A DNA stretch of 64,000 bases, from contig CAZYTL010000003.1 of the NCBI GenBank assembly GCA_964650355.1, positions 65,750 to 129,749 of the forward strand, written 5' to 3'. Source of the stretch: an uncultured Gammaproteobacteria bacterium. GTDB taxonomy: Bacteria; Patescibacteriota; Microgenomatia; CAYXHB01; CAZYTL01. Positions 55,832-64,000 of this stretch are shown here, piece by piece. Position 1 is the stretch's first letter, and the number at the start of each line of letters is the position of its first letter. The notes under the pieces are model-generated. The model worked only from the letters and a program-made list of their open reading frames with translations. It searched no databases and had not been told where the DNA came from. Both the position numbers and the translations under genes were made by a program.

Positions 55832-58800
55832 ATGTCAAACCTCCACTCCAACCAACTAATTACCAATTACTACTTACTAATTACATCTCTCTTTCTTATT
55901 CTACTTGCTACCTCCTACTTGCTACTTACTAATAAGGTCTCTGCCCAAGGAGTCGATTGTACTACCGCACCCACAGGCGCGTGCTGTAACGACTCATCAA
56001 TCTGTCAAGGTGAAACTTGCGCTTTCGTTCCCGGAGCACCTTGCGGCGATTCCTTTTGTCGAGACATCTACGATAATCCTCGTAACACCGGAGAATGCTG
56101 CGGAGGCTCAGATCTCTGTAATACCAGTGGAAACTGTGCTTTCGTTCCAGGTGCTTCATCGAAATGCTCAGGAGGTGGCGGTAACGTCACTCCATCTCCC
56201 GGCGTGACCCCCGACCCGGATCTCATCGACTACACTCCTCCCACCACCTACGGTGCCAATCAGCGCTGTGCAGGCAAAGAAACCAACGCCTTATCATCTC
56301 GTCCCGTCGAATGTGGAGTTTGCTACGACTACACACCCAAAGCCACTAACGCTTGTACCAATCCCAACATCACCGCCACCGCCACTCTGGAATACTCAGC
56401 AAACGAAGGCTTCACCTGCGGTACTGGTGAATGTAAATATGATAAAAGCGCCTGCACTGTCGAACAGGCACCTTTCTATAACTGCTGCACTGCCGTCACT
56501 GACCCCGAAGTCCGAGACAGAGCCGACATGCCTCCCCTTGGAGCAGATTGCGATCCTTGTGCTGACTGCGGCTACTGGGTAGAAGATAACTGCGGCGAAA
56601 ACGGTAACCCCCCTCAAATCCCGGAAACCCAACAGCTTCTGGTCGGTCCCAAACCTTGGAGCGGTATCTTCGCCGTTGACACCCGAGTACCCAGAGAAAC
56701 CATCCTTCCCTTTGCCGGCAATGACAACGAGGAATCCCTGGAGCGCTACATCGCCGACTACTTCGACGGCACCATCTACTATAAATCCGCCATCGATCCA
56801 GAATCTCACCCTCCCGACCTTTCAAACGATCCCTTCCCCATCTACAACCACCACGTCACCAGCTACTACGACATCCCTCCCTTCGATCCCCGATTCGTTT
56901 CCTATTCCGGGATTTTTTCCAAACTCGCTCCCCAAGCCTATCAGGACCGCCTTAAACAAGGCATCATCCATCGAGTCATCGAAGCCAACTATAACCAGAC
57001 CAATCAGCCAGTTCACAATATCACCATCAGATCCTGGCACGGGGACCAGGTCCAATTACTCAACTTCTTTGTCCTTCCCCAGCAACCTCCCCGTATGCGC
57101 CCTCTAGCTCCCAATGAAGGCGGCGGCGGCACCTGGGATCAATACGTTCAGTCCCTCACCGCCTGGAGTGTTCGCGACGGTGGCAAATGGTACCGCCTCT
57201 GGTCATACGTTCCTATCTCTTCCAGGGAAGACACTCCAGGCGAACTTGTTCCCATTCCCCAAACTCCAGCTTACGTCATTCCCTTAAATTCATCCATCGA
57301 AGGTCCGCCTCTCGCTGACAACCCATCTAATCAAATTCAACTAACAACTCCAGCCCTAAGCTGGTCCTCCACTGGCGGAAATAGCCAACCTGCCTCGCCT
57401 AGTCAAGGCGGACAGCTAACAGCCGATTCATCCCTCATCGCTTCCAGCACTGTCTATAGTCCTTCAACCGCATCATCAAACACATCTCCATCATCGCCCT
57501 CTTCCGCCCCTGATAATTCTGTCCTCCTAGCTCAAGTAGACCAACATGATCCTGACCCCACCTGTTTCGAAGACTACATCCCCTTCGGCGGAACTAAGGA
57601 GTTCGATGGATATTGCACCGCCATCGCCGAACATGGGGATTACAGTTGTTCAGATGGTACTACCTGTCACCCCGACCGACATCTATGTTATAACACCACC
57701 TGTAGCATCGAAGACCAATATGTGTACGAGGGTCACTGCAAATGCGAACCTAAGCAATGCCCCAACGGCACCGATGCAGAATGCAACGACAACGATCCTT
57801 GCACCACCGATACCTGCAACCAAACTACCAAAGTATGTAATGAACCAGAACCCATCATTGGTTGCGTCAAACCTCCGCCTTGGGTCAATCTCCAACAACC
57901 TCACTCTGCCCGTCTCTACCAAACCGAACGCCAAGTCCGCGCCCTCCTCAAGCCCGCCGACGCCCGCGGCGTCCCCACCGCCCAAACCACCACCGAATCA
58001 CCGTTAAATGCTTACGCTCCCACCACTACCTCCTCTACTTCTCCGGCATCTCAGCTTGCTTCTCTTCAACCTTTCTCTCCCGCTAATTCTCAACTAACAG
58101 CTAATTCGTCCCTCCTCGCCCAAGTCTCTCCCTCTCCAACCGCGTCACCGTCTCCAAACCCTAACGCCAGTCCCACTCCCAACCCCATAGTCGGTAGCAA
58201 TTATAGTAGTTGTGCTCCAGCCTTCCTAGATATCGTCCCCATCGCTACTCATGCCACAGGTAGCGGATACATCTGTGAATTCGCCGTCAACATCAGAGAA
58301 AACCAACCTTGCATCAGAGCCTTTGATACCGCCTGCTGTGAAAACGGAGACCAAGGCCTCCCCACTCCCGACGACTGCCCTATCCCCTGGTATCATTCAT
58401 GCAACTTTCCCAGGCTTAATGATATCCCTTGGGCATATCCTTTAGGAGATGCCGCCTGGCAAATTGATGTTACTACTCCCAGCGGATATCACGCTTATCC
58501 TGTACCAATCCACAAAATTGCCGTGGGCGGAGACTTGGCTTCCGGTATTGTCCACTGGGGAGAGATCGCGCTTGGCTACGGTGAGACCATGAACGCCCAA
58601 GGCTACTTCCTCAATGGGTTTAATTGGAATACCTATGAAATAGACAAACACAACTTTCCCGGATCAGCTTACTGGCAGTGGATCATTAGTGGTTTAGGAC
58701 CATCCGGCACCCTTACCTGTCAAGCCCCTCCCCAAGGAGGATGGGCTGATGCAGCAGCAGGAGAAGAATTCGACTGCAAATGTAACCGCACCGGCCCCAT

Positions 58801-61507
58801 GGCCATCCCTCCGCCTCCCCCTTACTGTGGCCCCACTCAACTTGGCACCCTTCCCACTTGTAGCGGCGACGTCCGCATCGGCCCGGGCGATCCCCTTTGC
58901 GGCCAAATGTCATATGAATTCCATGACAGTAATGACGGAGAATACTTCTGGAGCTCCAATCCTTATGACACCCAATACCGCTTCGACAGCCAAGAACCTC
59001 GACCCGGAGACTCCCGCGGCGAATATTCAGAATCCCGCTGCGGCGCTGACATGGCTTGTCTGGGATGCAACTGCATCGCCCCGGATGACATGATTGTCAC
59101 CATTTGGACCATCAACGAGGAAATTTGCCACGATGAGCAAACCGGAGCACCTTACACCTGCGAAAAAGAACACATCACTAGAACGTGTTGTGGTCCAAAC
59201 AGTGAACCTGACACCGATCCCAGTGACGTCAACACCTCAGTTTGCAAACCTAACCGTTGGCCGTCTTCTGATGCCTGTCCCGACGGTATGACTTGTATGC
59301 GCCAAAGACCTGGAACATCCGGAGAAGAAAACGTTGAATCCCTTTGCTGTATCAAACCCTATGGCTCGGATAGCCTAGCCACCGGCGGTCAGCTCTGTCA
59401 ACAAATGGAACCTTATCTCTTTCCCGATCGTGACCTTTTCATTACCGCTCAAAGAGAAATCCAACTCTCCGTTAAACTTCCCCACTGGGGCATTCTCTGG
59501 AACCATCTTGTTGAAAACAAAAAATCAACTTTCAAGCTCCTCACCCCCTACCGCGGAGCCTTAACCGCTCCTGATACGGTCCCCTGGTACGATTTCCATG
59601 ACGGCGAGGCTTCCGGAGAACTCAACATCATCAACCTCTCGGGTCCAGCCACCTTTAGCCCCAATACCGTCAACCTCTTCTTCCCTCATCTTGGCGGTAT
59701 CCAAGATGCCACCACTTTTGTTCGTGACTGCCTTACCAATCCCTATCGCTATGACATCCAAGGCAACGGCTGCAACTACTCTGACGTCACCGAACCCACT
59801 CGCGAGTGCATCGTCAACTTCCAAAAAATCTCCGTCATGGTTAACTCTGATCCCGGCGACCTCATGCCCTACATCAACGCCGCCCAGCCTCCCGTCGTCA
59901 CCCTCATGGACAACGGCCTCACCTACGCCTCAGCCATCAAAGCCGCTTCTCCCGCAACTCGCATCGTCGGCAGAGTCTATGATCCCTATTTCGCCCAACT
60001 ACCAGACCCACTTCCGTCTACTGGTGAAATTCCCGCCCTTGTCCAGCGTTGGGTCTCCTCTCTCGGAGGGCATATCAACAACGATCAAGTAAATTACTGG
60101 CAAGGTTTCAACGAACCCATCGTCGACACCGCAGATAAAATGGCCTGGCTCGCTCAATTTGAAAAAGCTCGTGTCGAATGGTTAGCCTCTCAAGGCAAAC
60201 AAGCTTGCATCGGCAACTTCGGCACCGGTAACCCCAATCCTAACTTCTGGGGAGATTTTGAACCAGCATTCACAGCTATCGAGCAACACGGCGGAGTTGT
60301 CTGTCTCCATGAATATGGTGGAGTCAACACCGGTGACAACATGGAGATCGGCAGTGGCCATCTTGGCCGATTCCAAGATATGTATAATTATCTCGGGAGC
60401 CGCAACATTCAAACCGTTATTTCTGAAACTGGCATGGACCGCAGTGGCAACGCCGCCTCCGATGGCTGGAAAGCCAGAGTGACTGCCGATGTCTTCCTCG
60501 AAGGCCTCACCGGCTATGACCAATTTCTCATGGGCGAACCCCGCATCATCGGCGCCACCCTCTTCATCCTCGGTCACCCTGGTTGGCCCAGTTTCGAAAT
60601 TTCCCCCGAAATCATCCAGGCCATGACCGAAGGCGCTCAACAAAATCTTGATCCCGGAGCCATCCAATGCGTCTCTACTGGCTCTCCTCAACCCCCGGGA
60701 AATCCCGGCACACCCGGCACCACCGCAGACTTAAACGGCATCGGCATTTTTACCAGTGGCGGTGATGCCGCTACCACCTGGATCAATACCACCAACCCAG
60801 ACATGATCCTCCTCCTCAACAGCTTCTCTTACGCCAACGAGATCCCCTCTTCCATCCTGGTTGTGGGCCGCACTACCGAACTACCAGATGGCGGAACTGA
60901 TCTCGGCCGTCTCGACACTACCCTCCGGAACTACATGCAAGCCAACCCTGCTGTCGACGTCTGGCAGGGTTATAACGAAATCCTCTATCACTCCAGTGGC
61001 AACTATGACCTTCTCACCCAACACGACCGCCGCATGATCCAACTCGGCAGCCAATTAGGCAAAAAGGTCTGCATCGGCAATTTCAAAGAAGGCTGGCCCC
61101 TGGACCCCGGCAGTTCAGCCTTCAGCACCTACGCCAGCGCCATCATGCAGGAAATCAGTACTCAAAGCATGTCCGGCAACGTCTACCTCTGTGTCCATGA
61201 GCATGAGAAGGATAACTGGTCCTTTGGGGCCAACGATAGCTATATTGGCCGATTCACCCAACTCACCAGTAACGGCCTCGATCTTCCTGTCCTCGTCACT
61301 GTCTCCGGCTATGACTCCGAAGCTGGTCCCACCATCGACCACGGCGCGGGCTGGCAAGATAGCGGAATAGATGCTGCTACCTATCGCGGCTGGCTTAGAG
61401 ATTACTATCAGGCAGCCCGCGGTGCTGGAGCCCAAGGCATGGCCGTCTTCCAGGTCGGTCTGGGAGGTGAATGGAATGGCTTTGATGCTCTCCCCCTCCT
61501 CCAGTAA
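55832..61507 (+). CDS. giant (1891 aa) secreted/surface protein: N-terminal Cys-rich repeats, S/T/P linkers, two tandem clan GH-A (GH5-like) domains
   Basis: Signal/TM anchor. Repeated CxxxxxxCC...CAFVPGA modules. WQGFNEP (acid/base NEP) and VISETGMD (nucleophile ETG). A degenerate second copy has WQGYNEI. Confidence 0.6.
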   Translation: MSNLHSNQLITNYYLLITSLFLILLATSYLLLTNKVSAQGVDCTTAPTGACCNDSSICQGETCAFVPGAPCGDSFCRDIYDNPRNTGECCGGSDLCNTSGNCAFVPGASSKCSGGGGNVTPSPGVTPDPDLIDYTPPTTYGANQRCAGKETNALSSRPVECGVCYDYTPKATNACTNPNITATATLEYSANEGFTCGTGECKYDKSACTVEQAPFYNCCTAVTDPEVRDRADMPPLGADCDPCADCGYWVEDNCGENGNPPQIPETQQLLVGPKPWSGIFAVDTRVPRETILPFAGNDNEESLERYIADYFDGTIYYKSAIDPESHPPDLSNDPFPIYNHHVTSYYDIPPFDPRFVSYSGIFSKLAPQAYQDRLKQGIIHRVIEANYNQTNQPVHNITIRSWHGDQVQLLNFFVLPQQPPRMRPLAPNEGGGGTWDQYVQSLTAWSVRDGGKWYRLWSYVPISSREDTPGELVPIPQTPAYVIPLNSSIEGPPLADNPSNQIQLTTPALSWSSTGGNSQPASPSQGGQLTADSSLIASSTVYSPSTASSNTSPSSPSSAPDNSVLLAQVDQHDPDPTCFEDYIPFGGTKEFDGYCTAIAEHGDYSCSDGTTCHPDRHLCYNTTCSIEDQYVYEGHCKCEPKQCPNGTDAECNDNDPCTTDTCNQTTKVCNEPEPIIGCVKPPPWVNLQQPHSARLYQTERQVRALLKPADARGVPTAQTTTESPLNAYAPTTTSSTSPASQLASLQPFSPANSQLTANSSLLAQVSPSPTASPSPNPNASPTPNPIVGSNYSSCAPAFLDIVPIATHATGSGYICEFAVNIRENQPCIRAFDTACCENGDQGLPTPDDCPIPWYHSCNFPRLNDIPWAYPLGDAAWQIDVTTPSGYHAYPVPIHKIAVGGDLASGIVHWGEIALGYGETMNAQGYFLNGFNWNTYEIDKHNFPGSAYWQWIISGLGPSGTLTCQAPPQGGWADAAAGEEFDCKCNRTGPMAIPPPPPYCGPTQLGTLPTCSGDVRIGPGDPLCGQMSYEFHDSNDGEYFWSSNPYDTQYRFDSQEPRPGDSRGEYSESRCGADMACLGCNCIAPDDMIVTIWTINEEICHDEQTGAPYTCEKEHITRTCCGPNSEPDTDPSDVNTSVCKPNRWPSSDACPDGMTCMRQRPGTSGEENVESLCCIKPYGSDSLATGGQLCQQMEPYLFPDRDLFITAQREIQLSVKLPHWGILWNHLVENKKSTFKLLTPYRGALTAPDTVPWYDFHDGEASGELNIINLSGPATFSPNTVNLFFPHLGGIQDATTFVRDCLTNPYRYDIQGNGCNYSDVTEPTRECIVNFQKISVMVNSDPGDLMPYINAAQPPVVTLMDNGLTYASAIKAASPATRIVGRVYDPYFAQLPDPLPSTGEIPALVQRWVSSLGGHINNDQVNYWQGFNEPIVDTADKMAWLAQFEKARVEWLASQGKQACIGNFGTGNPNPNFWGDFEPAFTAIEQHGGVVCLHEYGGVNTGDNMEIGSGHLGRFQDMYNYLGSRNIQTVISETGMDRSGNAASDGWKARVTADVFLEGLTGYDQFLMGEPRIIGATLFILGHPGWPSFEISPEIIQAMTEGAQQNLDPGAIQCVSTGSPQPPGNPGTPGTTADLNGIGIFTSGGDAATTWINTTNPDMILLLNSFSYANEIPSSILVVGRTTELPDGGTDLGRLDTTLRNYMQANPAVDVWQGYNEILYHSSGNYDLLTQHDRRMIQLGSQLGKKVCIGNFKEGWPLDPGSSAFSTYASAIMQEISTQSMSGNVYLCVHEHEKDNWSFGANDSYIGRFTQLTSNGLDLPVLVTVSGYDSEAGPTIDHGAGWQDSGIDAATYRGWLRDYYQAARGAGAQGMAVFQVGLGGEWNGFDALPLLQ
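55853..55884. repeat. CCAACTAATTACCAATTACTACTTACTAATTAC repeat at the 5' end of the giant surface-protein gene, in a different reading frame (NQLITNYYLLIT)
   Basis: Seen directly. Confidence 0.7.
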
Positions 61508-61591
61508 CCAAGACCAACTGTCCTTTTCAATTACTTAATTCGTGCTAATTCGCTCGCCATCTCTCCATTCAGATAAATTCGTGTGAAAACT

Positions 61592-62953
61592 TCAAAACAA
61601 CCCTAACTGTTCCTCTCTTTCTTTACTTTCTTTCTCTAAATCTCCAATCTTGATCACTCCATACACCCCATCATACCCCGGCTTAATCTCCACCTCACCT
61701 TTGCGCATCTTCTCAATCGCCAGCGCTAACTTCTTAAAACCTGCTTCTTGAATCTCTTCTATTGGCATCCATAACAAAATCTCAAAATCACCCCCCAGCT
61801 TCTGCGTCACTAAATTATACATCTGCTGGACCGACCTGCTAGTAATACTCTTCACCTCCAACAACTCTGCCATGGTCCACAACAACGGAATCAAATACTT
61901 CACCTCTTTTCCTCTCATCCGACCCTGCCCTTGAGCATCGCCCTTTACTTCTTCCTGAATCAGCTTTTCTGCTTCTTCCTTACTCCTGTCTGCCAAATCA
62001 ATCACCCTTGATAGCACCCCCACCGTCAATGGCCTTCCGCACTTTGGACATCTGCCTTCCAGCTTCTTCGTCTCTTCCGGTTCACAGCTAAAATCACAAC
62101 TCCTATGCCCGTCTGCATGATACATCCCCTCTTGCGGATAAAACTCAATCGTTCCCACATATCGCTCATCTCCCACTTTTATCGCCTCAATAATATCACT
62201 ATAACTTAACTCACAATCAAACAAATTTGCCTCCCTACCGATATTCTTAGCCGAATGCGCGTCCGACCCAGACAACAGCGTCCGGCTGTCCAAATCGCTC
62301 ACCATCCTACACATCATCGGGTCTGCAGATAACCCGGTTTCCACTGCATAAATATATTTAGCATAGTCCCCAAACGCCTCTTCTACCGAATCAAACCCCG
62401 ACTTTGATCCGAACATCGCAAAATGTGGCGTCCAAATATGCGCCGGCACAAATAAACAATCTTCAGAGGCTTCCAGCATCACCTTTAACAACTCCTCGCT
62501 GTCCAAACCCAAAATCGGCCTTCCGTCCGACTTCAAATTTCCCACCTCTTGTAATTTAGCATTAATCTTAGCCGCCACCTCCAAACTCGGAGCCACTATC
62601 TGATTATGCAACCGCCTCACCTTCCCGTACCGCTTATAGATATTGCTAATCTCAACTGACAACGCAAACCTTATCTCTCGCTCTCTACACTTCATTGGCA
62701 AACTCTTATCCATCTCCTTTGCCAATTCCTCTTTCAATTTATATAACACACCTGAACCCTCCGTGGCCGTAACCTCATCTGCCACCAGTTTCGTCCGCAG
62801 CTCCTCAAACCACACCGGATGCGTAAAATCTCCTGTCCCAATCACATCCAACCCTTTTAACTTCCCCCACTGATACAAATTCTCCAAAGTCAAATCCTTA
62901 CTTGTCGCTCTGGCAAAATGCGAATGCACATGAAAATCAACAATCAATTTCAT
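61592..62953 (-). CDS. Endonuclease Q (EndoQ)-like PHP-domain nuclease with C-terminal Zn-finger
   Basis: DFHVHSHFARATS, GLDVIGTGDFTHPVW, PAHIWTPHF, ETGLSADP, SGSDAHSAKNIGREANLF and CPKCGRPLTVG align with archaeal EndoQ motifs. Confidence 0.7.
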   Translation of the reverse strand: MKLIVDFHVHSHFARATSKDLTLENLYQWGKLKGLDVIGTGDFTHPVWFEELRTKLVADEVTATEGSGVLYKLKEELAKEMDKSLPMKCREREIRFALSVEISNIYKRYGKVRRLHNQIVAPSLEVAAKINAKLQEVGNLKSDGRPILGLDSEELLKVMLEASEDCLFVPAHIWTPHFAMFGSKSGFDSVEEAFGDYAKYIYAVETGLSADPMMCRMVSDLDSRTLLSGSDAHSAKNIGREANLFDCELSYSDIIEAIKVGDERYVGTIEFYPQEGMYHADGHRSCDFSCEPEETKKLEGRCPKCGRPLTVGVLSRVIDLADRSKEEAEKLIQEEVKGDAQGQGRMRGKEVKYLIPLLWTMAELLEVKSITSRSVQQMYNLVTQKLGGDFEILLWMPIEEIQEAGFKKLALAIEKMRKGEVEIKPGYDGVYGVIKIGDLEKESKEREEQLGLF

Positions 62954-63002
62954 AGATCAGAAATTCAACATACTAAGATATTCTTATCTCTTTCTTTTTG
63001 CA

Positions 63003-63980
63003 TTACTTCACCCGATAAATCCTTGTCTCGCCGCTCTCAAACACCACCTCCCCCAATTGCTTAAAGTTTTCCTCCCGCAGTCTCGGATACTTCTCCCTCT
63101 CCTTATCCCCCACAAACACATATTCAACGCGGTACTTACTCAAAATCTTCCTTACCTCCTCTAAATCTACCGACGTATATACCTTCTCTACCTCAGCCTG
63201 CCTGGCTCCCGGCTCATCAAAACTTCCCCGCCATAACCATTCGTGCACCAACCAACCCTGAATCGTCGGATATCCAGTATAAGCCGACACCCGGTCAAAC
63301 TCCGTATAACTGTCACCCACCGCCTCCAACACCACGGGCTGCCTGTCCGCCATAGCTTTAGCAGAGATGAATCCCTCCAATTCCCTCAACCACTCAATCC
63401 CCGCAAAATCATCAGCATACTTATTCTTTAACCAGGCTTCACCATCCAATCCCCTGTAAACCTTCAATCCATTGTAATAATCCCGAATCGCAAACCGCGG
63501 ATAACTCCCGACTGCCACCAATCCTAGTACTACCAACATTATCCATCCATATTTCAAATACTTATTGTTCCACACTACCAACGGTGCACTCACCAACCGT
63601 ACAATCGTATACGCTCCTGCAAACGCAAACAAAATCCACGATTGATATACCAACTTAAACATCGTATTCGCTCGATGGTAATCCGCGATATAAATATCCT
63701 TCACGTACACCAACTCTGGAATCAAAATCAGCAACCACCCCACCCCGTACCAACCCAACATTACATAGTCCACCAACAAAGCCTTCAATTCCCTACTCCC
63801 CTTATCAACTCTCCTCACTCCAATCACAAACATTAACAAACTCACAAACAGAAACAAATCCCATCCCCACAACACCAACAGCTTAGAAATTTCTGAATTC
63901 GCTTCCACCGGCAATATCCCTTTGGCAATTTGCTCAAAGTGCATCTGAAAAGGCAAACTCACCATTATGGTCAATCCCAC
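63003..63980 (-). CDS. polytopic membrane protein with C-terminal soluble domain (possible glycosyltransferase-associated, uncertain)
   Basis: GTG start with SD AGGAGGG. About 5 TM helices followed by a ~150-aa hydrophilic domain. Confidence 0.4.
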   Translation of the reverse strand: MGLTIMVSLPFQMHFEQIAKGILPVEANSEISKLLVLWGWDLFLFVSLLMFVIGVRRVDKGSRELKALLVDYVMLGWYGVGWLLILIPELVYVKDIYIADYHRANTMFKLVYQSWILFAFAGAYTIVRLVSAPLVVWNNKYLKYGWIMLVVLGLVAVGSYPRFAIRDYYNGLKVYRGLDGEAWLKNKYADDFAGIEWLRELEGFISAKAMADRQPVVLEAVGDSYTEFDRVSAYTGYPTIQGWLVHEWLWRGSFDEPGARQAEVEKVYTSVDLEEVRKILSKYRVEYVFVGDKEREKYPRLREENFKQLGEVVFESGETRIYRVK

Positions 63981-64000
63981 TAATATCCCTCCTATTAACC

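Noticed and set aside
1-64000. Bisulfite/deamination-type artefact or synthetic G-to-A conversion as the explanation for G depletion on the + strand.
   Set aside because: All conserved catalytic motifs that require G-containing codons on + strand genes (for example GGSTITQQ, KTGT, HIGH/KMSKS) are intact. The bias is a genuine codon and amino-acid usage shift, not base conversion.
1-64000. CRISPR arrays, rRNA genes, IS elements with transposase.
   Set aside because: No regularly spaced direct repeats, no rRNA-like conserved stretches, and no transposase-like ORF were seen. The only mobility-type gene is the tyrosine recombinase at 292..1260.

Overview
This is a densely packed prokaryotic chromosomal segment of about 60 protein genes and one tRNA. 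No rRNA or CRISPR array was seen. The gene content points to a small-genome Patescibacteria/CPR-like bacterium; this is inference. Supporting features are an archaeal-type triose-phosphate isomerase, a PduO-type adenosyltransferase, B12-dependent class II ribonucleotide reductases, many Nudix, Ham1 and HIT 'house-cleaning' enzymes, two bifunctional PBP1A-like proteins with long low-complexity N-terminal extensions, and giant surface proteins. The most striking global property is an extreme strand compositional asymmetry. The + strand is G-poor and C-rich regardless of gene orientation. Plus-strand genes therefore encode S/P/T/L/Q-rich proteins and minus-strand genes encode G/E/K/V/R-rich proteins. 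Five short segments break this pattern: about 1261-1500, 4900-6180, 14850-15960, 26280-27250 and 31800-34700. They look like recently acquired DNA, and several of them encode secreted or unknown proteins. The window begins with a tyrosine recombinase, a Nudix gene, a tRNA with anticodon UAU and a VirD4/TraG-like coupling ATPase. A 15 kb block, 9.6-24.9 kb, is devoted to nucleotide-precursor metabolism and sanitation: 3 Nudix, HIT, 3 Ham1-like, Ppx/GppA, three dUTPase/dCTP-deaminase-fold paralogs, a ThyA-family enzyme, a DHFR-like reductase, dCMP deaminase, two tandem class II RNRs and NrdR. The ThyA-family enzyme carries Asp at the dUMP-specificity position, where canonical thymidylate synthases have Asn; T4 dCMP hydroxymethylase also has Asp there. 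Together with the dUTPase-fold paralogs that lack the dCTP-deaminase catalytic Glu, the DHFR-like gene and the dCMP deaminase in the same operon, this is the best candidate for an undescribed system. It could be a non-canonical thymidylate route through 5-methyl-dCMP, or nucleotide-level cytosine modification. After this block come a cell-wall cluster (2 PBP1A-like, GH18, beta-lactamase-like), pentose-phosphate and glycolysis genes, SufS/SufT, ValRS, a large surface-protein locus and an EndoQ-like nuclease. Several families of short dispersed repeats are present. The most remarkable are a 16-bp palindrome, ATTCTGCTTTGCAGAA, embedded in-frame in six unrelated genes, and a GGCTGATCAGCC / AGCTATCAGCT composite palindromic element that occurs both between genes and in-frame within genes. 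I read the sequence by eye, so coordinates of short motifs may be off by 1-2 nt.
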